64,000 bases of DNA, from positions 155,465-219,464 of the IMG/VR virus record IMGVR_UViG_3300045051_000720. The stretch is one strand, 5' to 3'. Each line of letters begins with the position of its first letter. The first letter of the stretch is position 1. The notes beneath the pieces were generated by a model. The model saw only the letters and a program-made list of their open reading frames with translations. It did not search any database and was not told the DNA's origin. Below, piece after piece: positions 63,534 to 64,000 of the stretch. The position numbers and the translations under genes are program-made.

Positions 63534-64000
63534 TTATAGAATCGCCCACACCGTGCCGTCATATTGCGCAATAACGGCGTCGCCAGTATTGAGGGGCATG
63601 GTAGCGGCGGTAGTGTTGGTAAAGAGGTTGGCACCATTACCTGAGACCGTGATCAATCCCGCCCCCTTGTTCTTTATCAGGTACCGCTGGCCCGTGCCGG
63701 GGCCGGCGGGCAGCGTCACGGTGAAGGCCGAGCCGGAGTTGCAGACCACGGTGTCATACGAGGTGTCAAGGGTCGTGCCGGTGGTGATGACTGCGATCTT
63801 GGACAGCCGACCGCCGGCCGTGGAGAGATTACCAGTCCCGGAGACGGTGAGGTTGCCGGCGAGGGTGGCGTTGCCTGTGGTGCCTAACGAGAAAATGGAT
63901 GAGCCGCCGTCAACCGTCATATACAGCGTGGTCGCGCCGCCGAAAATGTCCCAATCATGCGCCCCCGAACGGGTCAATCGGAGTTGACCGTCTGCGCTGG
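63534..64000 (-). CDS. tail fibre/virion protein, 5'-truncated by window edge
   Basis: frame open to the window end; Gly/Thr-rich fibre repeats then YDTVVCN..FTVTLP..YLIKN..YDGTVW domain. Confidence 0.7.
   Translation of the reverse strand, partial: SADGQLRLTRSGAHDWDIFGGATTLYMTVDGGSSIFSLGTTGNATLAGNLTVSGTGNLSTAGGRLSKIAVITTGTTLDTSYDTVVCNSGSAFTVTLPAGPGTGQRYLIKNKGAGLITVSGNGANLFTNTTAATMPLNTGDAVIAQYDGTVWAIL

Noticed and set aside
1-64000. tRNA, rRNA, DGR/retron reverse transcriptase, integrase
   Set aside because: No cloverleaf, rRNA-like sequence, YADD-type RT motif or recombinase motif was recognised by eye; tRNAscan and HMM scans would be needed to exclude them fully

Overview
This is a 64-kb, GC-rich segment of what is almost certainly a large dsDNA bacteriophage genome. 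I saw no rRNA, tRNA, housekeeping operon or CRISPR array. From 1 to 54 kb it is a dense, co-oriented (+) run of roughly 130 short, mostly hypothetical genes joined by ATGA overlaps. Many have their own sigma70-like leaderless promoter, often preceded by a 5-6-5 palindrome (TAGGG-N6-CCCTA). Recognisable genes include a DUF5664 dNTP diphosphohydrolase next to an HD hydrolase, a solo 589-aa TnpB with a rearranged RuvC-II site, and a signal-peptide GH24 lysozyme. Others are DUF1328, a double-HTH protein, two HNH endonucleases, an L7/L12-CTD fusion, YkgJ, Hsp20, a macro-like protein, a T5orf172 nuclease, PhoH and a GIY-YIG endonuclease. Minus-strand tail and depolymerase genes lie at the right end. 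The standout is at 18.7-20.4 kb: a ~400-bp non-coding array of 64 GGY-NN pentamers in six segments, directly upstream of a stand-alone RAMP/Cas7-like gene and a translationally coupled partner gene. This looks like a candidate RNA-guided, non-CRISPR targeting system of the VIPR type (name recalled from memory, needs verification). Other notable signals are an orphan second phoH 3' end left behind a homing endonuclease, a GAACGAA start-associated motif block, a GATC-rich gene block, and a CTAG-rich non-coding region that may be a genome end. All family assignments come from motif recognition by eye; no database searches were run.
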